From: Octopus sinensis
Taxonomy: Eukaryota
Assembly: GCF_006345805.1 (NCBI RefSeq)
Contig: NC_043014.1
Coordinates: 54,746,001 to 54,810,000 of the forward strand
Length of the DNA stretch: 64,000 bases
Reading direction: 5' to 3'
Shown: positions 53,301 through 61,940 of the stretch, piece by piece
Layout: every line of letters begins with the position of its first letter
Position numbering within the stretch: the stretch's first letter is position 1
Notes under the pieces: model-generated
What the model saw: only the letters and a program-made list of their open reading frames with translations
Told to the model about the DNA's origin: nothing
The model's database searches: none
Position numbers and translations under genes: made by a program

Positions 53301-55525
53301 GGTTGGCCCAGATTCGACAGTCCTGGGGTACACAGGGAGACAATTGAATGTCAGGTCCATTTTCCCACACTGCACATCCTTGCATGCAGTGATGAATTAT
53401 AAGGGACTGCATAGTAGTGTGTTCAATAATAGGGTCCCGAAAAGGGTTACAGTAATGTGGGGTGGGGTGAGGGTGTACATAGGGTTAGTGGTGTCACTGT
53501 TTTAGGAGATTACATTTGGGGTGGTGGATAAAGCAATGATGTAAACAATGGAAGATGGTGGCCAGTAAAGCTCCAGCTTAGACATGACCTCATTAATCCA
53601 CCTTAAACTCTGGTATGTCCTTACCCTGGGAGAAGGGTGGAAGTGAACATGGGCCAGTTTTTGAGCTCAAAACAGTAAACTCTCACCCATACACAAATCA
53701 TTATCATCATTTAACGTCCGCTTTCCTTGCTAGCATGGGTTGGACGATTTGACCGGGGTCTGGAAAGCCAGGAGGCCGCACCAGGCTCCAATCTTGATCT
53801 GGCAGAGTTTCTACAGCTGGATGTCCTTCCTAACGCCAACCACTCCAAGAGTGTAGTGGGTGCTTTTTACGTGCCACCAGCACACAAATAGTAGCAATTG
53901 TAAAACTTTCTCACATAATGAGTTTGTCAGAACAGAACCCTCTCACCCAATCATCCAAGTTTCCTTTGCTCTGTGTCCCTGTTTTGTTTCCCTTTGATCT
54001 ATTTACAGGAAATGTGATTATTTTATGGGACTTTCTGTTTTCTTTTAATTACAGGACGAGAATAAAGAAATTGCTTTGGGCACCTCAAAATTAAACTATT
54101 TAGATCCAAGGATCTCTGTTGCCTGGTAAGTACCGATTCCTCTGACCTTCTGTATGAAGAAATCAATGTATCGTTCCTTTAGAATTGTTGTCTAAACCCT
54201 GACGTGGCTGATAGACATTTCATAGGGAAATGGTAGCTGTTGATATTGTTTAGTAGTAATATTGGTCCTGAGCCTGCAGACCTATGATCAAAGATATTCC
54301 AGCCATGATCCTCCCATCAGACACAGTGCATTCAGGTCTACATTATTCAGTACTTTTTTTTTCATTTTTTGATAGTTATATGATTTAAGGAAGATTTGGC
54401 TGCTATTTCTAATAGGTCAAACAAACATCTTCAGTCCCTTGTTCAATTGCCATCCAGAGGTGGTCAGCCTTGGTGATGGCCAGTTTCAGGAGAACCACAC
54501 ACAGTAAATTTGTTGTCCTTCAAGATAAAAGTCATAGTACTGTATTGTTTTATTTGCCTCAGGCTACTTTGCTACTAATAGGTACCACTCCTTTTGTTGG
54601 GGATTAGCTCTGATCTGAAGCCTGAATCTTGTAACTAACGGCATAACCATAACCGGTTTGTAGGGAGTTTTGTGATCAATCAGATCAAATGAATTCACAG
54701 AAACCCCTTTGTTTTTGTTGTTTAACACCGGGTCATCTTTAACTGAACAGACCTACAATCAAAGCTGTTCCAGTTATGACCATCCTGTCTTTGCATATCA
54801 ACACAAAGGGATTTGTCTAAGGTCGATAAATTAAGTACCAGTGACGCACTGGGGTCGATGTAATCGACATAATCCCTTTGTCCTTTTTGTCCCTTCTGTG
54901 TTTAGCCCCTTGTGGGCAGTAAAGAAATAACTCTCATTTTTTTTTTATATACTCTTTTACTTGTTTCAGTCATTTGACTGCGGCCATGCTGGAGCACCGC
55001 CTTCTAATCGAGCAACTCGGCCCTGGGACTTATTCTTTGTAAGCCCAGTACTTATTCTATCGGTGTCTTTTGCCGAACCGCTAAGTAATGGGGACATAAA
55101 CACACCAGCATCGGTTGTCAAACAATGCTAGGGGGACAAACACACACAAGCACATATATATACATATATACGACGGGCTTCTTTCAGTTTCCGTCTACCA
55201 AATCCACTCACAAGGCTTTGGTCAGCCCAAGGCTATAGCAGAAGACACTTGCCGAAGGTGTCAAGAAGTGGACTGAACCCGGAACCATGTGGTTGGTTTG
55301 CAAGCTACTTACCACACAGCCACTCCTGCGCCTATTGTTCATTCTTTTCATTTTTAATTTTTTTTCCATATGTCATCTCTTTATATATTTATATATTTAA
55401 ACTTCTCGTTTTTTTTTTTCAGGTGCAAAAAATGGGAAGCCCCACTGGAAAAGATTTATAACAAGACCCAACGTGAGAAGTTCCGTTGGGCCATTGACAT
55501 GGCAACACCAGACTTCAGGTTTTAA
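2309..55525 (+). CDS. TOP1: DNA topoisomerase I (type IB), spliced CDS of 19 exons: 2309-2350, 4097-4127, 32769-33433, 35286-35377, 37556-37640, 38529-38626, 39718-39833, 41185-41306, 43312-43434, 44669-44856, 46040-46103, 46453-46677, 47024-47278, 47816-47930, 49316-49443, 51833-51927, 53191-53269, 54055-54125, 55423-55525; 898 aa
   Basis: Translated exons contain the hallmark Topo IB motifs [51 protein letters not shown] and [11 protein letters not shown]. All introns are GT-AG with compatible phases. Summed length is 2697 nt (899 codons including TAA). Exons 1-2 are less certain than the core. Confidence 0.97.
2845..3425. repeat. (TA)n/(TATG)n microsatellite in intron 1
   Basis: Direct inspection. 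Confidence 0.95.
4097..4127 (+). CDS. TOP1: TOP1 coding exon 2, 31-nt microexon ([10 protein letters not shown]+G)
   Basis: Long pyrimidine tract ending tttctttctttcgcag, GTAAGC donor at 4128. Phase 0 to 1, exactly bridging exon 1 to exon 3. Ser/His-rich like exon 3. Confidence 0.78.
6045..8185. repeat. Compound TA/CA microsatellite blocks (6045-6650, 7300-7385, 7435-7800, 7845-8185)
   Basis: Direct inspection; interrupted by unique sequence at 6650-7300. Confidence 0.9.
9664..10026 (+). mobile_element. tRNA-derived SINE, family A (full length)
   Basis: A-box/B-box-like head (ggctgtgtgg...ggttcagtccc), CORE-like cttgggcaagtg, internal TA/TG tract. Near-identical copies occur elsewhere in the window. 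Confidence 0.9.
10530..11480. repeat. (TA)n microsatellite with embedded partial family-B SINE (about 11213-11350, minus strand)
   Basis: Direct inspection. Confidence 0.85.
12545..13200 (+). mobile_element. TA/TG microsatellite followed by the 3' part of a family-C SINE (about 13049-13200) with an RTE-like tail ending (GAC)n(GAT)n
   Basis: ggcgttaggaagggcatccagctgtagaaa...ccaacccatgc..catggaaagcggacgttaaac motif is repeated many times in the window. Confidence 0.85.
13590..13969 (-). mobile_element. Non-autonomous Helitron-like element, 5' portion
   Basis: Minus strand begins A|TCTATACATATAAAGCTG followed by GTCT/GT repeats, the same architecture as the 63407-63797 element. No CTAG 3' end seen. 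Confidence 0.5.
15003..15242 (+). mobile_element. Older tRNA-derived CORE-like SINE (family G)
   Basis: B box gagttcgattccc, followed by gttcttgggcaagacgcttta. Confidence 0.6.
15319..15532 (+). mobile_element. tRNA-derived SINE, family B
   Basis: Head ggcggcgagttggcagaaacgttagc, B box gagttcaaattcc, conserved core gcctttcatcctttcggggtcgataaa, 3' end gtaaagaaata. Confidence 0.88.
16860..17180 (+). mobile_element. Diverged SINE with a family-A-like head and a C-type (GAT)n tail
   Basis: Head resembles family A; 3' end gccagcatggaaaaacggactttaaac followed by gatgatgat. Confidence 0.6.
17670..18055 (+). mobile_element. Two adjacent family-B-type SINE copies
   Basis: Shared head and core motifs. 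Confidence 0.75.
19510..19838. repeat. Five tandem units of about 67 bp (gaagcgtttggctgccatttctagcaggttgatgccttaatttccc + CT tract)
   Basis: Units start at about 19510, 19577, 19644, 19712 and 19776. Confidence 0.92.
20405..21215. mobile_element. Cluster of family-B SINE copies and fragments in both orientations
   Basis: Minus-strand copy at 20405-20584, then plus-strand fragments. Confidence 0.75.
22936..23170 (-). mobile_element. Family-B SINE, full length
   Basis: Matches the family consensus from head to the aaagaaataggt end. Confidence 0.88.
24273..24664 (+). mobile_element. Family-A SINE, full length
   Basis: Near-identical to the 9664 copy. Confidence 0.9.
24973..25343 (-). mobile_element. 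tRNA(Arg)-like SINE, family D, with 11-bp TSD TGTCAACCTTA
   Basis: TSD at 24962-24972 and 25344-25354; head ggaggcgcaatggcccagtggttagggc. Confidence 0.9.
26202..26402. mobile_element. hAT-type MITE (201 bp), 13-bp TIRs, 8-bp TSD CACTAGAG, inserted in a family-B-type SINE
   Basis: CAGTGGTTTTCAA...TTGAAAAGCACTG; TSD at 26194-26201 and 26403-26410. Confidence 0.9.
26745..27121 (-). mobile_element. Family-D SINE with 13-bp TSD ACTAATGTTTATT
   Basis: TSD at 26732-26744 and 27122-27134; head retains the TCG anticodon-like loop. Confidence 0.9.
27521..27917 (-). mobile_element. Family-A SINE, full length
   Basis: Reverse complement of the family-A consensus. Confidence 0.9.
30557..30960 (-). mobile_element. 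Family-B SINE head-to-tail dimer
   Basis: Body duplicated, with junction gacgaaatacctatttcttta at 30726-30746. Confidence 0.85.
31425..32030. repeat. TA microsatellite with a recurring ~45-nt unit (acacacatacgtatgtgtacatacatctatacg) and an internally deleted family-A SINE (31823-31950)
   Basis: Direct inspection. Confidence 0.85.
32769..33433 (+). CDS. TOP1: TOP1 exon 3, Ser/His/Lys-rich disordered N-terminal region
   Basis: Acceptor tgtttcag, 665-nt open frame (DLKLKV...[13 protein letters not shown]), donor GTAATT. Composition is typical of metazoan TOP1 N-termini. Confidence 0.92.
33478..33698. mobile_element. piggyBac-like MITE, family E (221 bp), TTAA TSD, TIR CCCTTTCGTTAC
   Basis: TTAA|CCCTTTCGTTAC...GTAACGAAAGGG|TTAA. 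Confidence 0.9.
34690..34955 (+). mobile_element. Family-C SINE portion with (GAT)n tail
   Basis: Family motif. Further copies at about 36110-36310, 36330-36725, 40180-40320(-), 40655-41000(-), 43690-43890, 50885-51200(-), 52315-52520(-), 53700-53885(-) and 59115-59285. Confidence 0.85.
35286..35377 (+). CDS. TOP1: TOP1 exon 4 (IKRKPDD...[16 protein letters not shown])
   Basis: Acceptor ttttgtag, donor GTTAGT, phase 0 to 2. Confidence 0.88.
37556..37640 (+). CDS. TOP1: TOP1 exon 5 ([28 protein letters not shown])
   Basis: Acceptor tttcag, donor GTAATC, phase 2 to 0. Confidence 0.88.
38019..38288 (+). mobile_element. SINE with a family-D head but a different 3' body
   Basis: First ~140 nt match family D, then the sequence diverges completely; ends gtgattacgtgata. 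Confidence 0.8.
38529..38626 (+). CDS. TOP1: TOP1 exon 6 (KKKIKKE...TVWKW)
   Basis: Acceptor atttcag, ends at the conserved WKW|W split, donor GTAAGT. Confidence 0.95.
38618..38724. repeat. Four tandem 27-bp units spanning the exon-6 splice donor
   Basis: TGGAAATG|GTAWGTT(C/T)CTTGGATTTTT; GT at 38627, 38654, 38681 and 38708. Confidence 0.95.
38939..39132 (-). mobile_element. Family-B SINE with an internal deletion
   Basis: Segment between the two atcgacccc repeats is missing. Confidence 0.8.
39718..39833 (+). CDS. TOP1: TOP1 exon 7 ([20 protein letters not shown]...KYD)
   Basis: Conserved Topo IB N-terminal core motif; AG/GT boundaries, phase 2 to 1. Confidence 0.97.
41185..41306 (+). CDS. 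TOP1: TOP1 exon 8 ([20 protein letters not shown]...KDWRK)
   Basis: Conserved core subdomain; AG/GT boundaries, phase 1 to 0. Confidence 0.97.
41979..42368 (+). mobile_element. Family-A SINE, full length (intron 8)
   Basis: Family consensus. Confidence 0.9.
42869..43088 (+). mobile_element. piggyBac-like MITE, family F
   Basis: TTAA|CCCTTTA...TAAAGGG|TTAA. Confidence 0.85.
43112..43278 (-). mobile_element. Family-F MITE, inverted copy truncated at one end
   Basis: Reverse-complement similarity to 42869-43088; ends AAAAGGG|TTAA. Confidence 0.75.
43312..43434 (+). CDS. TOP1: TOP1 exon 9 (VMSASEKE...CDF...KEEKL)
   Basis: 41 codons, acceptor atttcag, donor GTAAGA. Confidence 0.95.
44669..44856 (+). 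CDS. TOP1: TOP1 exon 10 ([32 protein letters not shown])
   Basis: Highly conserved motif; donor GTGAGT, phase 0 to 2. Confidence 0.98.
44933..45165 (+). mobile_element. Family-B SINE, full length, flanked by a 17-bp duplication GGTATTAGCAGGTCAGC
   Basis: Duplication at 44911-44927 and 45166-45182, with 5 extra nt (TAATT) before the head. Confidence 0.9.
45346..45545 (+). mobile_element. Family-F MITE
   Basis: TTAA|CCCTTA...TAAAGGG|TTAA. Further copies at about 50078-50470(-) and 57240-57410. Confidence 0.8.
46040..46103 (+). CDS. TOP1: TOP1 exon 11 ([21 protein letters not shown])
   Basis: Conserved PPxGHKW motif; phase 2 to 0. Confidence 0.96.
46453..46677 (+). CDS. TOP1: TOP1 exon 12 ([13 protein letters not shown]...ALYFIDK)
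   Basis: 75 codons of conserved core. Confidence 0.98.
47024..47278 (+). CDS. TOP1: TOP1 exon 13 (LALRAGNEK...FLGKDSIRY...DRLN), catalytic Arg and Lys
   Basis: 85 codons; contains the equivalents of human R488 and K532. Confidence 0.98.
47385..47630 (-). mobile_element. 5'-truncated RTE/RTE-X-type LINE 3' end with an intact ORF2 C-terminus and (GAT)n tail
   Basis: [11 protein letters not shown]...LLLWKP...[16 protein letters not shown]...[12 protein letters not shown], followed by tgatgatgat. Clade assigned from remembered motifs. Confidence 0.8.
47816..47930 (+). CDS. TOP1: TOP1 exon 14 (TATLNKHL...KVFRTFNAS...LLTN)
   Basis: Contains the equivalent of human R590; donor GTGAGT, phase 0 to 1. 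Confidence 0.97.
48238..48647 (-). mobile_element. Family-A SINE, full length (intron 14)
   Basis: Family consensus, reverse strand. Confidence 0.9.
49316..49443 (+). CDS. TOP1: TOP1 exon 15 ([19 protein letters not shown]...QNK)
   Basis: Contains the equivalent of human H632. Confidence 0.97.
49497..50019. mobile_element. Two tandem family-E MITEs (49497-49717, 49816-50019), oriented opposite to the 33478 copy
   Basis: TTAA-flanked; TIRs slightly decayed. Confidence 0.87.
50221..50435 (-). mobile_element. L2/CR1-type LINE 3' fragment nested in a family-F MITE
   Basis: Minus strand reads [23 protein letters not shown]...*, where WNxLP is typical of the CR1/L2 ORF2 end; 3' UTR follows. Confidence 0.7.
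51833..51927 (+). CDS. TOP1: TOP1 exon 16, linker ([11 protein letters not shown]...EKAK)
   Basis: Acceptor ttttcag, donor GTGAGC, phase 0 to 2; coiled-coil-like linker of the expected length. Confidence 0.92.
53191..53269 (+). CDS. TOP1: TOP1 exon 17, linker ([26 protein letters not shown])
   Basis: Conserved KLEVQATD motif; donor GTAAGT. Confidence 0.96.
54055..54125 (+). CDS. TOP1: TOP1 exon 18 with catalytic Tyr (TAT at 54097-54099)
   Basis: [24 protein letters not shown]. Confidence 0.98.
54950..55334 (-). mobile_element. Family-A SINE, full length (intron 18)
   Basis: Family consensus, reverse strand. Confidence 0.9.
55423..55525 (+). CDS. TOP1: TOP1 terminal exon 19 ([33 protein letters not shown])
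   Basis: Conserved C-terminus, ending in TAA TAA. Confidence 0.97.
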
Positions 55526-55714
55526 TAACAACTGGCACCCTAGGCCTGAATCTACTTTACCTTGACATATTATGATTGTTATTTTTTTTTTTTTTTTATC
55601 ATTTCACTTTTTATTTTTTAAAAGAAAGGCAAGAAGAAGAATAAGAGAGAAAAAAAAAAGTTTGTAATAGCAAGTGTTATGGGGAAAGCAATAGTCTTTA
55701 TTTTTTATTTATTA

Positions 55715-55719
55715 TCAGA

Positions 55720-55770
<51 letters not shown>

Positions 55771-56050
55771 TATAATTTAATTAATTATTGTATTTTTCCA
55801 TTTCCTCTCCCATTGTTGGCATCCTGGTTTTCTCTCTGTAGTCACCCTTCTCAATGTGTATTTTTGTGCAGCTCACTTTCAAATCCTCTTTCTACCCCAA
55901 CTCCCATCATCCTCATCATCATCATCATTAATATTATTATTATTATTATTACTATTATTATTATAAATATTATTATTAATATTATGACTATTGTTTTTAT
56001 TTTAAATATTATTATTATTATTATTACATTTTATTATGATGATTACTATT
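55715..56050. repeat. (ATT)n and (ATC)n microsatellites in the putative 3' UTR
   Basis: Direct inspection. Confidence 0.9.
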
Positions 56051-56398
56051 GAATCATATCCCAAGAAAATTCCTGTTTCCAAGTAGGCTGAGGCAGTGAA
56101 AGAAGACAAGGGGGAAGGAGAGGGTGGGTGTGATGTTGTAGCACGAAAAATGCTACGGCCAAGGAAATCTCATGGTATGTCTCTTGACCGGCACTTGACC
56201 AACGCGATGCCACTGACCATATTTACATACACACACACACGTGTGTATACGCACACACACACATGCAGCACGAGTGCATGTAGGTGTGTATGTGAAGCTT
56301 TGGCCAGTCGTCCATGCAAACAAACATGTAAAGAATTCAATTCATATCTGACTTGGAGCTTTTCACTGTATATTTAGTAAGAAACAAAAAGAAACAAA

Positions 56399-56404
56399 AA
56401 TAAA
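56399..56404 (+). terminator. Possible polyadenylation signal AATAAA of TOP1
   Basis: AATAAA about 870 nt after the stop codon; no independent support. Confidence 0.25.
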
Positions 56405-56452
56405 ATAATTAAACATAATGAGTAATTTTTAGTGTTGCTTTTGTTGGTCTTT

Positions 56453-56454
<2 letters not shown>

Positions 56455-56547
<93 letters not shown>
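56455..56547. repeat. Perfect (CAT)31 microsatellite
   Basis: 93 nt counted. Confidence 0.95.
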
Positions 56548-56548
<1 letters not shown>

Positions 56549-56555
56549 GTCGTCA

Positions 56556-56890
56556 TTATTATCACCTCCGCCTTAGCAAAGGCAGAGGTATTGTTTTCAG
56601 TTACATTTGTTTGTTTGTCTGTGGACAAGATATTTCAAGAACCGATGAATGGATTCAGTTGAAACTTTCAGGGATGTTTGGCCTCGTGACTGGCACAAAC
56701 TGATTAGATTTTGGGGCCGATCCGGTACTGGAAAGGGATTCTGGGTTATTTTTCCTGTTTTTTTTTTTACTTAATTTTTGAGGGCGGTCGGGTTCCCTTT
56801 TAGTATTCTCATTTGTGAGAGCATTTGAGTTTATTTCAGATATTCTCAATTAAAAAAATCATCTCTGTGTGCTCTTGTTGGAGGGAGGGG
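56556..56890 (+). mobile_element. DINE-1/HINE-like (Helentron-associated) non-autonomous element, tentative
   Basis: Starts attattatc, then hairpin ACCTCCGCCTT-agca-AAGGCAGAGGT and a (TTTG)n/GTCT tract. 3' boundary uncertain. Confidence 0.5.
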
Positions 56891-58419
56891 GGATATTTAT
56901 TTTTTTATTTATTTTGTCTGCCTTCACATTCTAATTTCAAATTCTGTCAAGGTTGACTTTGCCTTCCATCCTTTTGGGGGTTGATAAATTAAGTACCAGT
57001 TGAACACTGGGGGTCAATATAATCGACTCATACCCTCCCATCCACCCCCTCCCCCCGAACCAAAAATTCAAGATTGTTGTTTATCATTTATGCACAAAAA
57101 TTTCTTTGATTTTGCAACATTCACCATCGAAGACTGTTGTGTGTCTGTCAGTGTTGAATGGACAGGAATTGTGTGTGTTTTTAGTAACACTCTTACAATC
57201 ATGAGTGCAGCCCCCAAACATTAACCGAATGTGATGTTTGTTTTTTGAAAATGGTTTGAATTAATCCTGCATCATCTTGTAGTTTAGAGATTTCAGTGAT
57301 GTGATTTTTCAGTTTTAGAATGTCATGGTAGGGCTGAGGTGAGAGGCGAGATCTGGTCAGTTTCAATATAAAACAGGTTAAATATTTTGGCCGGTTTGAA
57401 TGCTAAAGGGTTAAACCACCCCCATTTCAATTTGTTGCAATCTAATAACCTCTCAGCGCTTACCAACCTGTCATGGAACTCTGAATTTCCATAGGTATAT
57501 TCTTTGATGCGTTCTTCAATTCAGCGTGTGTGTGTGTGTGTGAGTTTGTAGATACTCAGACACACACACACTACAGCAGTGGGTTCTCGACCTTGTGGTC
57601 TGTGAACCCCTGGTGGTCTGATAAGGTAGTGCTGGTGGGGATTGGAGGTCCGTGAACATGTTAAGCTGACGGACCTTTCCATACCCTGGGGTCTGTGGGA
57701 AAACTCATTTAAATAAAAGGGGTGGCCTTGGTACTGAAAAGGCAGGGACCCACCGTGCTGGCACATTATCTTAAAGGTGTGGGAAAGGATCATGTACGTC
57801 GTCATCATCGTTGTTTAGTGTCCCCCACCACCACCACCATTTCCGTGTTGACGTGGGTTGGACTGTTTGACAGAAGCTGGCACTCATCAACATCATCATC
57901 ATCATCGTTTTTCAATGTCCGTCTTCCATGCGTGCATGGGTTAGACGGTTCACAGGAGCTGGCCAGGTAAAAAAAAAAAACACTACCCTATGCTACTTTG
58001 CCTGTTTTGGCAGGGTTTTTACGGCTGGATGCCCTTCCTTGCACCAACCACTCTGCAAATATTCTTAATACAGATTTTTTTTTTTCTGTTGGAGGAAGTA
58101 AACAAACCCTGGTGGCTGTTGTGTGAAACTATCAAAGAATAAGGGAGATAATTCCCAGAAATGATTTCCTTTCTCTTCTTTTGAGTTGAGTGTCGCTGCA
58201 TCTCTGCCTTCTCCTGCAGCTTCAGTCTGACCAATGTCTTGTCAATGAATCTGGAAGGTGGAAACTGAAAGAAGCCTGCCATGTGTACATCTAGGTGCCA
58301 TCATTTAACTTCCATTTTCCATGCATGGTTTGGATGGTTTAACAGGAGCTAGCAAGCCGGAGGATTGCACCAGGCTCTACTCATCTGTCTTGGTGTGTGT
58401 GTATATATTTACATATATA

Positions 58420-58805
58420 TTTCTTTATTACCCACAAAGGGCTAAACATAGAGGGGACAAACAAGGACAGACATAGGTATTAAGTCGATTACATCGACCC
58501 CAGTGCGTAACTGTTACTTAATTTATCGACCCCGAAAGGATGAAAGGCAAAGTCGACCTCTGCGGAATTTGAACTCAGAACATAAAGACAGACGAAATAC
58601 CTATTTCTTTACTACCCACAAGGGGCTAAGCATAGAGGGGACAAACAAGGACAGACACATGGATCAAGTCGATTACATCGACCCCAGTGCGTAACTGGTA
58701 CTTAATTTATCGACCCTGACAGGATGAAAGGCAAAGTCGACCTCGGCAGAATTTGAACTCAGAACGTAACAGCAGACAAAATACCGCTAACGTTTCTGCC
58801 AGCTC
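58420..58805 (-). mobile_element. Family-B SINE head-to-tail dimer
   Basis: Same junction as the 30.7-kb dimer, at 58591-58611. Confidence 0.85.
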
Positions 58806-60697
58806 ACCCATCATCATCATCGTTTAGCATCTGCTTTCCATGCTAGCATGGGTTGGACTATATATATTTATATATATATATATACACTTGTGTCAGCCAC
58901 TGCTTGACACCTGGTGTTGGTTTGTGTATGTGCACATAACTTAGCAGTTCAGTAAAAGGGGATCAATAGAACGAGGCTGAAGTCCAGTGACTGATATGGG
59001 TAGAAGAGAATATTTATCTTCATCGATTGAGGTGTGTCTCTGTAGTGTAATAAGGAAGGAATCCCTTTATAATCCGAGGTACATGATGACTGGGGAGACA
59101 TGTCAGGCGGGGGACAGTGTGATGGCACGTAAAAAGCACCCACTACACTCTCAGAGTGGTTGGTGTTAGGAAGGGCATCCAGCTGTAGAAACTCTGCCAG
59201 ATCAGACTGGAGCCAGGTGTAGCCTCCAGGCTTCCCAGACCCCGGTCGAACTCTCCAACCCATGCTAGCATGGGAAACGATGATGAGGTATACGCACACA
59301 TATAAATATAATACACGTATGTATGTGTGGTTTAGGTGTCGTACTCAGGATTTCCTCAGTCCAGGCAGCACTTCGTTTCACATTGCTCTTTGGGTTGGAG
59401 AGTAGCTGAATTGCCGGTGCCCTGACAGAGATGCTTTATGGTATGTCTTCCGACTCTCTGCGTACTGAGTTCACCTCCCACCTGCCTGGGGGGAAGAGCA
59501 ACGGGAAACCACTTCAGTATTCATCCCATGTCTAGTCATGGATGGCCATGGTTCCAGTGATCTACTTAACTGTGGCAGAGGAGAGTAAGCACCACCACCA
59601 CCCCAAGTCGTATAAAATGTGTTGGAGAAGATCCGCGTGCAGAGAGCTTGCTCATGGATGGACCACTGCTAGACTAGATATACATACATAATCATAATCT
59701 TTTAACCTCCGTCTTCCATCCTGGGATGAACTTTGATTAAATGAAGGACTTAATATGGAGCTCATATTTCTTTCAATTTTCGAAAAAATGAAATTCTCAT
59801 GTAGTTTTGCTTGCTGAGGAGGAAAATTGCCTTCATTTTTTTTTTTCTAGAATTTAATAATAAAAATGTTACAAGCGTTTAAAATGATCTGATTGTAACC
59901 TCTCGGCAATTTCTACAAACTGGAAGTCACAGCTGTTTGTCGCCATGGGAACAACAACTTTAACACGGTCTCGCAACCTGCTAGAAATACCAACCAAATC
60001 TTCCTTAAACTAGAACAAAGATTCTCAATTCTTTTGTTCCAGTGGACCCCTTTCTCATGTCCAGCAATTGTTGTTCTGCTCCTTGTGAAATGGTTGAGCA
60101 TCGAACAACCAGCAACCGACACGTATTTGGGATTGATATAATTTTAAAAGTTCAAATCCCAACTCTGCCGACTTTTCCTTCTTTATTTTATTGACCCTCG
60201 AAAGATTCGGAAGGAAAAGTCGACAGAGGTCAATAAAATAAAGAAGCAATCAAGTATTGGGTGCCAGTATAATCGATCAATCTCGCTTCCGAAATTGCCA
60301 AGAATTTTTATTCAATTTCTTGCTTTGAAACCTGGGGACTGGTTGTTGCTAGGGAGATAATCGTTTCTAAATAAGTCTTGGCCGGGCTTAAGAGATTTCA
60401 CTTTGAAAGCAAACACCACGACGCACAGACAATACATATGTTTAATATTATTTGTTTTCCCCCTTAAACTTGATCCTTCCAACAAGTAACTGAATCTGGA
60501 CACAGTTTTAGACGTACACCTACATCATTATTTAGAACTGGCCATCTTATATGAAATTTGAAACCCTTCCTTAGCAACAACAAACAGAATGCCAAATTGC
60601 TTTCCCCAGATTTTGCAGAGACGTAAGTTGTTATTTTTAGTTTATTGTGGTTTGAGAGACCCTCTGCTCTCCACCAAACCAAAAAAAAAAAAACATA

Positions 60698-61070
60698 GTG
60701 TGGTAAGTAGCTTGTTTACCAACCACATGGTTCCGGGTTCAGTCCCACTGTGCGGCACCTTGGGCAAGTGTCTTCTGCTATAGCCCCGGGCCGACCAATG
60801 CCTTGTGAGTGGATTTGGTAGACGGAAACTGAAAGAAGCCCATCGTATATATGTATGTGTGCGTGTTTGTGTGTCTGTGTTTGTCCCCCTAGCATTGCTT
60901 GACAACCGATGCTGGTGTGTTTATGACCCCGTTACTTAGCGGTTGGCAAAAGAGACCGATAGAATAAGTACTGGGCTTACAAAAGAATAAGTCCCAGGGT
61001 CGATTTGCTCGACTAAAGGCAGTGCTCCAGCATGGTCGCAGTCAAATGACTAAAACAAGTAAAATAGAGT
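60698..61070 (+). mobile_element. Family-A SINE, slightly 5'-truncated
   Basis: Family consensus. Confidence 0.88.
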
Positions 61071-61715
61071 ATTCATTATAGTATTTTCGCGCCAGAAGTT
61101 GAACCATTTGGTTTAATGTGTAGGGACCATCTGCTAGAAATAGCAGTCAAATCAGGCCCTACTATCTTAAAAACGAAGGGACACACTGAATAATGTAGTC
61201 CCACATAACCCCCTAAAAGGATGGAATATTCATGACCAGGATTGACCATGGGCTGACCATCACTTTCACCATTGTAAATACAGTGACCGTTGACAGGGAA
61301 CCCATGACCAATGTTGCTTTTGTTCACAAAACATAAAATTGGTGAATATTCGCTTGTAGATATGGTGGCACAACAAAATGCAAGCAATTAATGGCTATAA
61401 AATATTTAAAAATATATATAAGTACAGTAAAAACTCATGCTCTCTCCCTCTCTCATATAGAAAATAAATTTCTGAAAATATCAAGGGTTTTTAATGAATT
61501 CTCCTCTGTTAAATAACATTGTTTCACCGTGTTGGCAGACTGGGGTGAATATTTGGTTGAAATGGTGTTGAAGTAATGGCAAAAGTTCTTTCTCGAATGT
61601 TGTGAAAGGTCAAATTAATTAATTAATTGCTGCACACATTAATGAATGATGCATCTTCAGGAAGATTTGTCTTGGAACTGCAATAAAAAAAAACAAAAAA
61701 ATTTAATAATAATAA

Positions 61716-61940
61716 TTTATTTCTTTACTACCCACAAGGGGCTAATCACAGAGGGGACAGACAAAGGGATTAAGTCGATTATATCGACCCCAGTGCGTAA
61801 CTGGTACTTAATTTATCGACCCCAAGAGGATGAAAGGCAAAGTGGACCTCAGCGGAATTTGAACTCAGAACGTAACGACAGACGAAATACGGCTACGCAT
61901 TTCGCCCAGGGCACTAACGTTTCTGCCAGCTCACCGCCTT
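61716..61940 (-). mobile_element. Family-B SINE
   Basis: Family consensus. Confidence 0.85.

Noticed and set aside
56374-56662. Poly-Met and poly-Ile ORFs
   Set aside because: Translation of the (CAT)31 repeat.
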